The notes beneath the pieces are model-generated. The model was not told the DNA's origin and ran no database searches. It saw only the letters and a list, made by a program, of their open reading frames with translations. A DNA stretch of 42,294 bases from a virus. Numbering within the stretch: position 1 is the first letter of the stretch; the number at the start of each line of letters is the position of its first letter. Location of the stretch: UHGV virus genome UHGV-2027207. One strand, given 5' to 3'. Made by a program: the position numbers and the translations under genes. This document shows, piece after piece, positions 17,193-25,654 of the stretch.

Positions 17193-17448
17193 GTGGATTG
17201 AAACATGGAATCCAGATAGGAAAATATGGTGTTCCGTCAAACAGCAGTATTTTAAAGACTATCAAGATACTTATGGAACAACGCTAGCTAATACAACAAA
17301 CTTTATTATTAGATACGACACAGGACAAATGGTTTCAAAATCTAATCGTATTGAGTTCAAAGGTAAGCAATACAGAATAGAAGACATTCTAGAGGGTTCA
17401 TTTGACAGAGATTTTACAACACTAGTCTGTAAACAAATGGAGGACTAA
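17113..17448 (+). CDS. head closure / head-tail adaptor
   Basis: RBS GAGGGGG 7 nt upstream. 80-nt overlap with the previous gene. Confidence 0.5.
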   Translation: MANIKTSKLNQRITLLVKTRSRNEFFEWIETWNPDRKIWCSVKQQYFKDYQDTYGTTLANTTNFIIRYDTGQMVSKSNRIEFKGKQYRIEDILEGSFDRDFTTLVCKQMED

Positions 17449-17449
17449 T

Positions 17450-17824
17450 ATGAAAAAGAATTATGTGGATTTTAGCTCAGCTTATAAAGCTATAGGGAAA
17501 ACAGAAAAAGAACTTGAGAAAGCAATGATCAAGTCTGTAGAAGCAGCTGGAGAATATGCGTCAAAACAGTTGAAGACACGGACACCAATTGATTATGATA
17601 CAAAAACACATATGAAAGACCATATTGTGTATAGTAAACCAACCGTAAATAAGCCAGTTTCTGAAGTTGGGTTTGATAAGCACGTAGCATGGCGCGCGTC
17701 ATTTGTGGAGTTTGGAACCATTAAGCAACCACCACAAGCCTTCATACAAAAAACAATGAGAGATATAGAGAGTAAAGTAGCAGATATTATTCAATCAGAA
17801 ATGCAAAGGAGACTATTGCACTAG
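17450..17824 (+). CDS. HK97 gp10-like tail component
   Basis: Position. Confidence 0.5.
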   Translation: MKKNYVDFSSAYKAIGKTEKELEKAMIKSVEAAGEYASKQLKTRTPIDYDTKTHMKDHIVYSKPTVNKPVSEVGFDKHVAWRASFVEFGTIKQPPQAFIQKTMRDIESKVADIIQSEMQRRLLH

Positions 17825-17864
17825 CTACTAAAGTATGATCTACTATACAATAAGGAGGATGGAT

Positions 17865-18554
17865 ATGATTAATAAAACTTACACCGTATATATGCATAAG
17901 AATAAAAGTAATGGTAAAGTATATGTGGGTATTACTAGTCAGAAGCCAGAACATAGGTGGCGTAATGGTAATGGATATCGTGGAATGATGTTCATGAATG
18001 CTATTAAGAAGTATGGGTGGGATAATTTTGAACATTTAATATTACATGAAGGATTGACACGTGAAGAAGCAATTAGTAAAGAGATTGAAACTATTGATAA
18101 GTATCAGTCAAGAAATAGACTTTTTGGATATAATAGGGATATTGGTGGAGGTTGCAATCTACATTCATTAGATACTCGCAAACTGATTGGTAGTTACCAT
18201 GTGGGTAAGACACTTGATGATGAACATAAAGAAATCTTACGTAAGATACATTCACTAGACAACTATTCTAATTGGTCAGAGGCTAAAAAGAAATATCACG
18301 CTAAGGGTAAATCAGGAGCTAATAATCCTAATTATGGTAACTCAGCAAGCGTTGAAAGTAGGATTAAAATGAGGAACGCCAAGAAGAGTGTTCCGTTTTA
18401 TGCCATAGATTCTGATGGTAATATTACAGAGTGGAATTATCTACGTGAGTGTGCAAGTGCATTAAATTTACAACATACTAATATAAGTAGATGCCTACGT
18501 GGATTAAGTAGAAAACACAAAGGTTATACTTTTAAATATAAGGAGAGTGAATGA
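17865..18554 (+). CDS. GIY-YIG homing endonuclease
   Basis: YTVYMHKNKSNGKVYVGIT...RW.NG.GY. AAGGAGG 6 nt upstream. Inserted between tail genes. Confidence 0.8.
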   Translation: MINKTYTVYMHKNKSNGKVYVGITSQKPEHRWRNGNGYRGMMFMNAIKKYGWDNFEHLILHEGLTREEAISKEIETIDKYQSRNRLFGYNRDIGGGCNLHSLDTRKLIGSYHVGKTLDDEHKEILRKIHSLDNYSNWSEAKKKYHAKGKSGANNPNYGNSASVESRIKMRNAKKSVPFYAIDSDGNITEWNYLRECASALNLQHTNISRCLRGLSRKHKGYTFKYKESE

Positions 18555-18921
18555 AGTGAAATTACCAATTCTAATGATTGCGGAAGTATTAGAAGAATCC
18601 ATTCCAGAAATAAACTGGTTTGTCAATCAAATTGAAGAAGAAGACCAAGTAAACCCCCCTTATCCACTAGGACGTATTGTAGAGTTATCTGGTGACTATG
18701 TAGATTATGCCTCAGAGCAACCTAATTATTTAACAACAACGGTTCAAGTGGATGTATGGGTGCGTGATGTACAAGAATCAAACAAATACTACTTTCTACT
18801 TGATAAAGTTATGCGAGAGCAAGGTATTCAATGTGCATATACAGAAGAAACACAAGACCAGGATTTGAAAGAAGGACGTAGAATTATTAAGCGTTATGTG
18901 TTATCACAGCGTGTCTTGTAA
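18547..18921 (+). CDS. tail completion protein
   Basis: Position. Confidence 0.45.
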   Translation: MNEVKLPILMIAEVLEESIPEINWFVNQIEEEDQVNPPYPLGRIVELSGDYVDYASEQPNYLTTTVQVDVWVRDVQESNKYYFLLDKVMREQGIQCAYTEETQDQDLKEGRRIIKRYVLSQRVL

Positions 18922-18982
18922 TCAAACACAAACACATAATAATATGTTATAATTACTATAGAAACAAAATAAAACAAAGGAC

Positions 18983-19558
18983 GTGATTATTATCGCTTTA
19001 GTCGGATTCGAGAAAGCCATTATCTCTGTACCAAAAGAAGGCGGAGTAGGCGTAGACCAATTAGTAATTGATAAAACAGGTGGAGGTACAATTGAAGCAA
19101 GTATCTCAGGAATTTCACCAGACCAAACAACCGTATATGCGTCAAATGTACCAATTTGGGTATCCGCAAAAGGTGTGGGTGAGTTAACAGCTTCATTAAA
19201 CGTATTTGACCTTTACAAAAACAACGTTTATGAGCGTATTATGGGTATCACACGTGACGCAGATGGTGTAGCAATGGTTGGACAAGATACAGAAGCACCA
19301 TATGTATCAGTAGTATTTGTATCAAGCACAGCAGATGGGAAGAAGATGTTTCTTGGCTTGACAAAAGGACGTTTCTCACATCCAGAATTAGCATTAAATA
19401 CTACAGAATCAGGTGGAACAGAACCAAACACAGAAACAATTGAAGGTTCATTTGTAACGGACTCACGTGGTATTGCGTATATGAGTGGTGTGGAAGATGG
19501 TACTACGTTAACACTAGAAAAATTCATTAACAAAGTTAATAATGTATCAGAAGGTTAA
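18983..19558 (+). CDS. major tail protein
   Basis: Position upstream of the chaperones. GTG start. Confidence 0.6.
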   Translation: MIIIALVGFEKAIISVPKEGGVGVDQLVIDKTGGGTIEASISGISPDQTTVYASNVPIWVSAKGVGELTASLNVFDLYKNNVYERIMGITRDADGVAMVGQDTEAPYVSVVFVSSTADGKKMFLGLTKGRFSHPELALNTTESGGTEPNTETIEGSFVTDSRGIAYMSGVEDGTTLTLEKFINKVNNVSEG

Positions 19559-19564
19559 CCACTA

Positions 19565-19594
19565 AACCTAGTCTTAATTGACTAGGTTTTTTAT
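19565..19594 (+). terminator. intrinsic terminator followed by promoter TGATATAAT (19616-19624)
   Basis: AACCTAGTC..GACTAGGTT + T8. Confidence 0.65.
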
Positions 19595-19662
19595 TTACAC
19601 ACTTGAGGGATTATATGATATAATGAAGTAGTAAAGATAAATAAAACATTGGAGGAACGAAA

Positions 19663-19992
19663 ATGATTACACTAAAATTAGAAATTGACGGAAAAACAAA
19701 AGAGTTTAAACAAAAATCAGTTAAGGTGCGCTCAATGCGTGAAATGATGAAATTCCAAGCACATATGGAAAAGGTACAATCTGGAGAGGAACAAATGTCA
19801 CCCTTAGAACAAATTGACGCAATGGTTATGTTAGTGGCGGATGTATTTGACAATCCAGAAGTAAACTTTGAAACCATCATTGATGGAGTTGAAGCAGATA
19901 AACTAGAAGAAGTACTTGGTGGCGTATTTGAAGCAATTGGTGGTGGACAAGCAGCACCAGCAAAAAAGGAGAAAAAGACCTCTCAGAAATAA
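19663..19992 (+). CDS. tail assembly chaperone (G)
   Basis: Position; contains slippery site A_AAA_AAG at 19962-19968. Confidence 0.7.
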   Translation: MITLKLEIDGKTKEFKQKSVKVRSMREMMKFQAHMEKVQSGEEQMSPLEQIDAMVMLVADVFDNPEVNFETIIDGVEADKLEEVLGGVFEAIGGGQAAPAKKEKKTSQK

Positions 19993-20222
19993 GTTGGGAG
20001 GAACATCTTGAAGCAATGGATAAAATGTACACAGACCTTCTATCAAGCGAGTCTGGGACATGGTCTCTATCAGAAATTAACAATGCAGATTACAACTTAC
20101 TAATGGAACTATTTACAAAAGATAATAAACCTAAAAAAGAAAAACTGCAAGACCCAGTAGATTTCTTTGGTACATTTATGAGTCCACAAGATATGGCAAA
20201 AGTAAAAGGTGAGACACTTTAG
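19663..20222 (+). CDS. tail assembly chaperone G-T fusion made by -1 programmed frameshift at 19962-19968
   Basis: The zero-frame heptamer A AAA AAG sits 24 nt before the G stop. The downstream ORF is in the -1 frame. Confidence 0.6.
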
Positions 20223-20247
20223 CACACAGCTAGAGTGTCTCTTTTTA
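20211..20247 (+). terminator. intrinsic terminator followed by promoter TATGTTATAATAGAT (20246-20260)
   Basis: GAGACACT..AGTGTCTC + TTTTT. Confidence 0.6.
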
Positions 20248-20289
20248 TGTTATAATAGATTAAGAAAGTAAGTAAAAGGAGTGAAATGC

Positions 20290-23200
20290 ATGGCACAAGA
20301 TAGACCTATAGGGAATATGCGATTCGGCGTGGGATTCGATGGTGTAGATGAATCTTTAAACACATTAGATAAGTTAAATAGAGCCTTAAAACAATCAGAG
20401 TCAAGTATGAAGGCAACTATGTCAACATTTGATAAGGCTGGCCCTTCTGTTGAAGACTTATCACGCAAACAACAAGGATTAATTGATACTACAGAATTAC
20501 AATCAAAGAAAATACAATTGTTGGAAAAACGTAGAGAGGAATATATTCAGACCTACGGAAAAGAATCTAAACAAGTGGCGAACGTTACAACTCAAATTAA
20601 CACCGCTACTGTTAAATACAATAAGCTATCAAAAGAGCTTGATTCAACGAAACAAGCTTACATTCTAGCTAGTACTGGTGTGGATAAATACGCGTCAGCA
20701 ATCAAAGACAACGAAAAGGCAATGAATGATGAAATTAAAGCATTCAAAGAAGCTGGTGATAAAGCTGGAGAGCTTGAAGCCAAACAACGTGGACTAACAA
20801 AACAAGCAGAGTTGACAGAGCAAGCCATTGAATCACAAAAACAAGCAATAAACAAAATGGCTCAAGAGTTTGGTGAATCATCTACACAAGTAGCACAAGC
20901 ACAGGCTAAATTAGAAGAGTTCAAACGTTCAGCAAAAAACACAGATACACGTTTAGATGGAGTAACTAGCGCACTGTCTGAGTTGAAAAAAGAAGCTTCT
21001 AATGTAGACGATAAAGTAGATAAAGCTGGAGACGCACTTGAAGAAGCAGGTAAACAAGGCAATAAAGCGGAAGCTGGTTTTAAAAACGCCACCAAAGAAT
21101 TTAGTGCCTTAGCCACAGGTTTAGCTGTTGCCATATCAACAAAAGCACTGGATATGGCAATTGAGGCAGCCAACTCTCTGAAAGAATCATTTGAGGAAGT
21201 AGTAGAAGCCTCAAATAAATTTCAAGGTAAAATGGGAATTACGAAAGGTGAATCTAAACAATTCCTAAACTTTGCGAATGATTTAGTAAAATCAGGAATG
21301 GTAGACTCATTGGAAGAAGCCCAAGAGGCTATTACACAGGTCTATCAAACAGCGGGTAAAAAAGTCACACCAGAAGGATTGAAACAATTAACCAAGTACG
21401 CCATTTCATTCAGTAAAACATTTGATACAGATGTAAATGAGACAATGCGTGGTGCGTCACGTATGATGGAAAACTATGGAATTAGTGCTGAAGAAGCTTT
21501 TGACTTACTGACAGCTGGTGCACAAAAGGGATTGAATCAATCAGATGAACTAGCAGATAATATGGCGGAATACTCTCAATTATTTGGTCAAATGGGATTT
21601 ACAGCAGAGGAAACATTTAGTTTACTTGAAGCTGGTTTAGATGGTGGAGCATATAACTTAGATAAAGTAAATGATTTAATTAAAGAAATGGGTATATCCT
21701 TAACAGATGGACGTTTCGAAGAAAATGCAGACATGTTCAGCGAATCCACAAGGAACTTATTCAATGAGTGGAAAAACGGAAAAGCCACTCAGGGTGAAGT
21801 AGTTAAGGCTATGATGAATGACTTTGCGAATATGGAAGGTGGATATGACGCTCTAAACAGAGCGGGTACAGTGTGGTCTGCTCTAGGTGAAGATAACTCA
21901 CTTAAAGTCATCAAAGCAATGGCTGGGGCTAGTACTTCCTTTGGTGATACTAAAGGTAAGGCAGAAGAGCTGAATAAAACTGTGGAGAATACTACAGCAT
22001 GGGAAGCCTTCACTAATGGAGTGAAAGGAACGGTTAATTCAATAGCAATCTGGGCACAAGAGTTTACAAGTGGGATGATCCAACCAATTGAGAATTTCTT
22101 TAACAAAACATTGCCCAATACTTTTAAACCACTAGACGGGTTTCTAAATCAGGTTGGTACATTCGCATCAAACTTAAAAGATGTGATTGGTAAAATGTGG
22201 AGTGGAACGGACACAGTAAGTGATCAAAGTATTTTAAATAAGATGGGGTTCAGCTGGGAAAGTATCTGGGCGTTAGATGATTTCATCACACAGGTTAAAG
22301 AGAAAGGTGATACATTAATTCAGTATATTAAAGGCTTCTGGGAACTAGTTACAGGTAATGAAGCTCAGCAATTGGATGGCTACTCACTGCTGAGACAGTT
22401 AGGTATGAGTCCTGAAAGTATTGCAAAACTTGAAGAAGTTAAAAACACATTACTAAACACGTTTAAATCAATCAAAGAAAACTACTCTAAATATTTAGGA
22501 ACCGTGCTTGATGTTGCTGGTAAAACATTGAGTACAATCTTTGATTTCATCATGACAAACGTGGTGCCAATAGTATTACCCGCACTAATAAGCATTATGC
22601 AATCAGTAGGTTCAGCATTCAAAGACGTATTCGGATTTCTATCAACATGGTGGGATAAGAATGGCGATAGAATTATGAAAGCATTTCAAAATTTACTGAT
22701 TATCTTATCACCACTAATTGCAATAGCAATTGAATTAGTTAAGTCATTTGTCAATTCAGTGATTGGACTAATTAAAGGATTAGTTAAAGTGGTAACCGGG
22801 ATTATTGATGTGTTTAGTGCATTATTAACTGGCGATTTCAGCGGTATGTGGGAGTCAATCAAAAACATTTTCTTTGGTGCTATTGAAGTTGTTTGGAACT
22901 ACATTAACATCATGTTCATTGGAAAGATATTCAAAGCAGTTGGTGCATTTGGTGGTAGTATTAAAACACTATTTACTGGAATGTGGACTGGTATTAAAAA
23001 CATCTTTAGTGGCAGTATAACTTCAGTTAATGGCTCCATTTCAGGATTTGTAACAAAAGCATGGAACTTCTTTAAATCACTTGGAAGTAACTTAGGTAGT
23101 ACTGTATCTAACATGTGGACTGGTATTAAAAACATCTTTAGTGGCAGTATAACTTCAGTTAATGGTTTCATTTCAGGGTTCGTATCAAAAACATGGAACT

Positions 23201-25056
23201 TCTTTAAATCACTTGGAAAGAACTTAGGTGATACAGTATCCAACATGTGGACAGGCATTAAAAATACATTTAGTGGTGGGATTGATACTGTACTTAAGTG
23301 GGTTAAGGATTTACCTTCTAATCTAGGTAAAGCTATCTCAGATGGAGCGCATTTTGTTAAGGATGCCTTTAAAGGTATGTTTAATGCAGCATTAAAAGCT
23401 GTTGGCGGACCAGTTAACGGAATTATTGGTGGTGCAAACTGGGTACTAGAAAAACTGGGTGCAGAACCTCTACAAGAATGGGACGTACCGCAATACGCAA
23501 AAGGAACGCCAAAAGGTGGGCACCCAATCAATGGCCCAATGATGGTTAATGATGGACGTGGAGCAGAAACAGTTATCACACCAGATGGTAGAGCATTCAT
23601 CCCTAAAGGACGCAACGTTGTTCTAAATGCACCAAAAGGAACGCATGTCTTGACCGCAGAAGAGACTGCACAACTTCAAGGTTCAAAAGCTCCTCGTTAC
23701 CGTTATAAGAAAGGTACTAACTTCTTTGGTAACATGTGGGATAGTGTGAAACATGTTGCTGGTAATGTAGGAAACACACTGAAAAACGTAGTAGGTGATG
23801 TGTGGGACTTCATTTCAGACCCTGGAGCATTAGCTAGAAAAGTACTTGGTGGCTTAGATGTATTAGGTGGATTAACTAAGTATCCTTTAGAAGTAGGTAA
23901 AGGTATTCTATCAAAAGCAACAAAGGCCTTAACTGATAAGATTACTGATCTGTTCTCATCTGGTAACTTAGATACCTCCATAGGAACAAATGGTGTTTAT
24001 AAATATTTAGCAGATGTTGCTAAGTCTGTGATGAAGAAATTCCCAGGATTCATGGTAACCTCAGGATATCGTGAAGGAGATCAATATTCCCATGGTAAAC
24101 GTAACGCCATTGATATTGCCATACCAGGTGTCACAGGTGGCTCACCACGCTACACAGAAGCCGCCAACTATGCGTTTGACAAATTCGCTTCCAAGATTGG
24201 TTACGTAATAACTAATGGTAAAGTTCGTGACCGTTCAGGACAATCAGGTACAGGTATTCATGATGATTGGAGACCATGGCCACCTGGAGACCACTACGAC
24301 CACGTGCATTTAAACGGTATAAAAGACCCACAAAACACGCAAATATCAGGCGATAGCGTTGGTGGGAGTGGCGTAGAACGCTGGCGTAATGTAGCCATTA
24401 GAGCGTTAAAAATGACTGGTCAATACAGTGCAGGAAATCTAAATGCATTACTAAATCAAATGCGTACAGAGTCAAATGGTAATCCTAAAGCGATTAACTT
24501 GTGGGATCCAAACGCTATGAAGGGTACACCATCAAAAGGACTACTCCAAGTGATTGACCCAACATTCAGACAGTACGCAATGCCAGGCTTCAATAGTAAT
24601 ATTTATGACCCATTATCTAACATTCTAGCTTCAATCAGATATGCGCTTGCGACATATGGTTCATTGGGAAGAGCATATCGTGGAGTTGGTTATGAAAACG
24701 GTGGAATCATCACGAAAGAACACATTGCAAGAGTTGGAGAAGGTAACAAGGAAGAAGTAGTTATTCCACTAACTGGTACTGGGTTAAAACGTTCAAGAGC
24801 TATGCAACTATTAGCATATGCAAATGAGAAGTTGAATAAACAGAGTACTTCAACATCGGTCACTACAGGTAACTCTACCTCTAACTCTGACTTACAAGTT
24901 ATCATTGCTCTAATGCAACAACAAAATGATCTACTAATTCAACTCTTAGAAAAGAACACTGATGTTCTATTAGATGGTAAGAAATTAAATCGTGAATTGC
25001 AGAAGATAAACAAAACTGAACAAAGAAATACGAATCGTTCACTAGGGTTAATTTAA
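20290..25056 (+). CDS. tail tape measure protein with C-terminal peptidase M15 (LAS)-like and lytic transglycosylase (SLT) domains
   Basis: 1589 aa. SYHGKRNAIDI...DHVH (H-x6-D, HxH) and ESNGNP..GLLQV. Confidence 0.85.
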   Translation: MAQDRPIGNMRFGVGFDGVDESLNTLDKLNRALKQSESSMKATMSTFDKAGPSVEDLSRKQQGLIDTTELQSKKIQLLEKRREEYIQTYGKESKQVANVTTQINTATVKYNKLSKELDSTKQAYILASTGVDKYASAIKDNEKAMNDEIKAFKEAGDKAGELEAKQRGLTKQAELTEQAIESQKQAINKMAQEFGESSTQVAQAQAKLEEFKRSAKNTDTRLDGVTSALSELKKEASNVDDKVDKAGDALEEAGKQGNKAEAGFKNATKEFSALATGLAVAISTKALDMAIEAANSLKESFEEVVEASNKFQGKMGITKGESKQFLNFANDLVKSGMVDSLEEAQEAITQVYQTAGKKVTPEGLKQLTKYAISFSKTFDTDVNETMRGASRMMENYGISAEEAFDLLTAGAQKGLNQSDELADNMAEYSQLFGQMGFTAEETFSLLEAGLDGGAYNLDKVNDLIKEMGISLTDGRFEENADMFSESTRNLFNEWKNGKATQGEVVKAMMNDFANMEGGYDALNRAGTVWSALGEDNSLKVIKAMAGASTSFGDTKGKAEELNKTVENTTAWEAFTNGVKGTVNSIAIWAQEFTSGMIQPIENFFNKTLPNTFKPLDGFLNQVGTFASNLKDVIGKMWSGTDTVSDQSILNKMGFSWESIWALDDFITQVKEKGDTLIQYIKGFWELVTGNEAQQLDGYSLLRQLGMSPESIAKLEEVKNTLLNTFKSIKENYSKYLGTVLDVAGKTLSTIFDFIMTNVVPIVLPALISIMQSVGSAFKDVFGFLSTWWDKNGDRIMKAFQNLLIILSPLIAIAIELVKSFVNSVIGLIKGLVKVVTGIIDVFSALLTGDFSGMWESIKNIFFGAIEVVWNYINIMFIGKIFKAVGAFGGSIKTLFTGMWTGIKNIFSGSITSVNGSISGFVTKAWNFFKSLGSNLGSTVSNMWTGIKNIFSGSITSVNGFISGFVSKTWNFFKSLGKNLGDTVSNMWTGIKNTFSGGIDTVLKWVKDLPSNLGKAISDGAHFVKDAFKGMFNAALKAVGGPVNGIIGGANWVLEKLGAEPLQEWDVPQYAKGTPKGGHPINGPMMVNDGRGAETVITPDGRAFIPKGRNVVLNAPKGTHVLTAEETAQLQGSKAPRYRYKKGTNFFGNMWDSVKHVAGNVGNTLKNVVGDVWDFISDPGALARKVLGGLDVLGGLTKYPLEVGKGILSKATKALTDKITDLFSSGNLDTSIGTNGVYKYLADVAKSVMKKFPGFMVTSGYREGDQYSHGKRNAIDIAIPGVTGGSPRYTEAANYAFDKFASKIGYVITNGKVRDRSGQSGTGIHDDWRPWPPGDHYDHVHLNGIKDPQNTQISGDSVGGSGVERWRNVAIRALKMTGQYSAGNLNALLNQMRTESNGNPKAINLWDPNAMKGTPSKGLLQVIDPTFRQYAMPGFNSNIYDPLSNILASIRYALATYGSLGRAYRGVGYENGGIITKEHIARVGEGNKEEVVIPLTGTGLKRSRAMQLLAYANEKLNKQSTSTSVTTGNSTSNSDLQVIIALMQQQNDLLIQLLEKNTDVLLDGKKLNRELQKINKTEQRNTNRSLGLI
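22981..23290 (+). repeat. 132-bp (44-aa) tandem direct repeat, 2.3 copies, inside the TMP gene
   Basis: ATGTGGACTGGTATTAAAAACATCTTTAGTGG recurs at 22981 and 23113, with a partial copy at 23245. Confidence 0.8.
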
Positions 25057-25064
25057 TATTTACA

Positions 25065-25094
25065 AATAACGGTGGTTCACAACCACCGTTATTT
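25065..25094 (+). terminator. terminator hairpin followed by promoter TGTGTTATAAT (25094-25104)
   Basis: AAATAACGGTGGTT-CAC-AACCACCGTTATTT. Confidence 0.6.
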
Positions 25095-25126
25095 GTGTTA
25101 TAATGAATGCAAAAGGAGGAATCAGC

Positions 25127-25654
25127 ATGGAAGAAATTTGGAAAGATATTAAAGGATATGACGGTATTTATCAAGTTAGTACTATGGGAAGGGTGAAGAG
25201 CCTAAAGCATTCTAAGGAAGGTAAGCTACTCAAAGGACGAGTTACAGGTAAAGGTTATTTATCAGTAGTCTTATTTAGAAATTCAGTTAGAAAATCAAAT
25301 AGTATCCATCGTTTAGTAGCTCAAGCTTTCATACCAAACCCTGAAAATAAACCTGAGGTTAATCACATTGACGAAAATAAACTTAATAATGATGTAAGCA
25401 ATTTAGAATGGGTTACCTCAAAAGAAAATAGTAATCATGGAACTAGAAACCTCAGAATACATCAAAACAAAGCTGTAACATACAATAGGAAACCTATTGT
25501 ATGTGTAACAAATGGTTTAACATATGCAAGCTTAACTGATGCTTGCAAAAGTTTAGGAGTAACAAAACCCCATGTATGTTCAGTATTAAAAGGTAAACGT
25601 AAGACAACAAAAGGATATATTTTTAAATACTTAAATGAAGGAGATAATAAATAA
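25127..25654 (+). CDS. HNH homing endonuclease (NUMOD4 + HNH_3)
   Basis: MEEIWKDIKGYDGIYQVSTMGRV...HRLVAQAF...NHIDENK.NN..NLEW. AAGGAGG 7 nt upstream. Confidence 0.85.
   Translation: MEEIWKDIKGYDGIYQVSTMGRVKSLKHSKEGKLLKGRVTGKGYLSVVLFRNSVRKSNSIHRLVAQAFIPNPENKPEVNHIDENKLNNDVSNLEWVTSKENSNHGTRNLRIHQNKAVTYNRKPIVCVTNGLTYASLTDACKSLGVTKPHVCSVLKGKRKTTKGYIFKYLNEGDNK

Noticed and set aside
19603-19608. TTGAGG as a -35 for the promoter at 19616
   Set aside because: It sits only 10 bp from the -10 hexamer. The promoter is better explained as TG-extended -10 only.
20658-23981. Minus-strand ORFs (20658-20855, 20862-21173, 21588-22118, 22899-23615, 23703-23981) inside the tape measure gene
   Set aside because: These are antisense artefacts of a long, compositionally biased ORF and have no RBS.
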